Shown here: positions 63,890 through 64,000 of the stretch, piece after piece
Layout: every line of letters starts with the position of its first letter
Numbering within the stretch: the first letter of the stretch is position 1
Origin: Callorhinchus milii
Taxonomy: Eukaryota
Reading direction: 5' to 3'
NCBI RefSeq assembly: GCF_018977255.1
Contig: NW_024704782.1
Coordinates: 496,001 to 560,000, forward strand
Length of the DNA: 64,000 nucleotides
Notes under the pieces: generated by a model
The model's database searches: none
Told to the model about the DNA's origin: nothing
What the model saw: only the letters and a program-made list of their open reading frames with translations
Position numbers and translations under genes: made by a program

Positions 63890-64000
63890 GTAAGAATCAA
63901 AAGTCACAATATCTCTTATTCCACAATATTCCTGAGATGATATCCCCGATGTCAGTCGCACGCTCCTCACATCTCTGGTCAGACCGCTATCACCGGAGAT
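60690..64000 (+). repeat. Exon-containing tandem array with a 1,899-bp higher-order period
   Basis: Exons 61437/63336 and 61973/63872, and identical ORFs 61543/63442, are each offset by exactly 1,899 bp; the unit is made of 260-540-bp subunits with one microexon each. Confidence 0.92.

Overview
Vertebrate genomic DNA, intron- and repeat-rich with several N gaps. The L2/CR1 LINE and tRNA/Deu-type SINE content suggests a cartilaginous fish (inference). Genes reconstructed by hand from splice sites: the first coding exon of TAF6 (-); complete CNPY4 (-, 6 exons) head-to-head with intronless MBLAC1 (+); two tandem TM4SF/L6-family genes (+, 199 aa each); and two sets of TMEM272-like exons that are interleaved rather than simply tandem. 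From 53.0 kb to the window end lies a gene that the ORF track almost entirely misses. It has a TATA box, a signal-peptide exon and at least 12 symmetric phase-1 microexons of 12-36 nt, the later ones in a 1,899-bp higher-order repeat. It encodes a secreted Gly/Tyr-rich protein (GYGYGLG, AGVGLG, PGVGVG) with elastin/lamprin-like composition. Its introns carry antisense copies of the shared splice acceptor, which could regulate exon choice. All calls are from reading the sequence; no database search was run.
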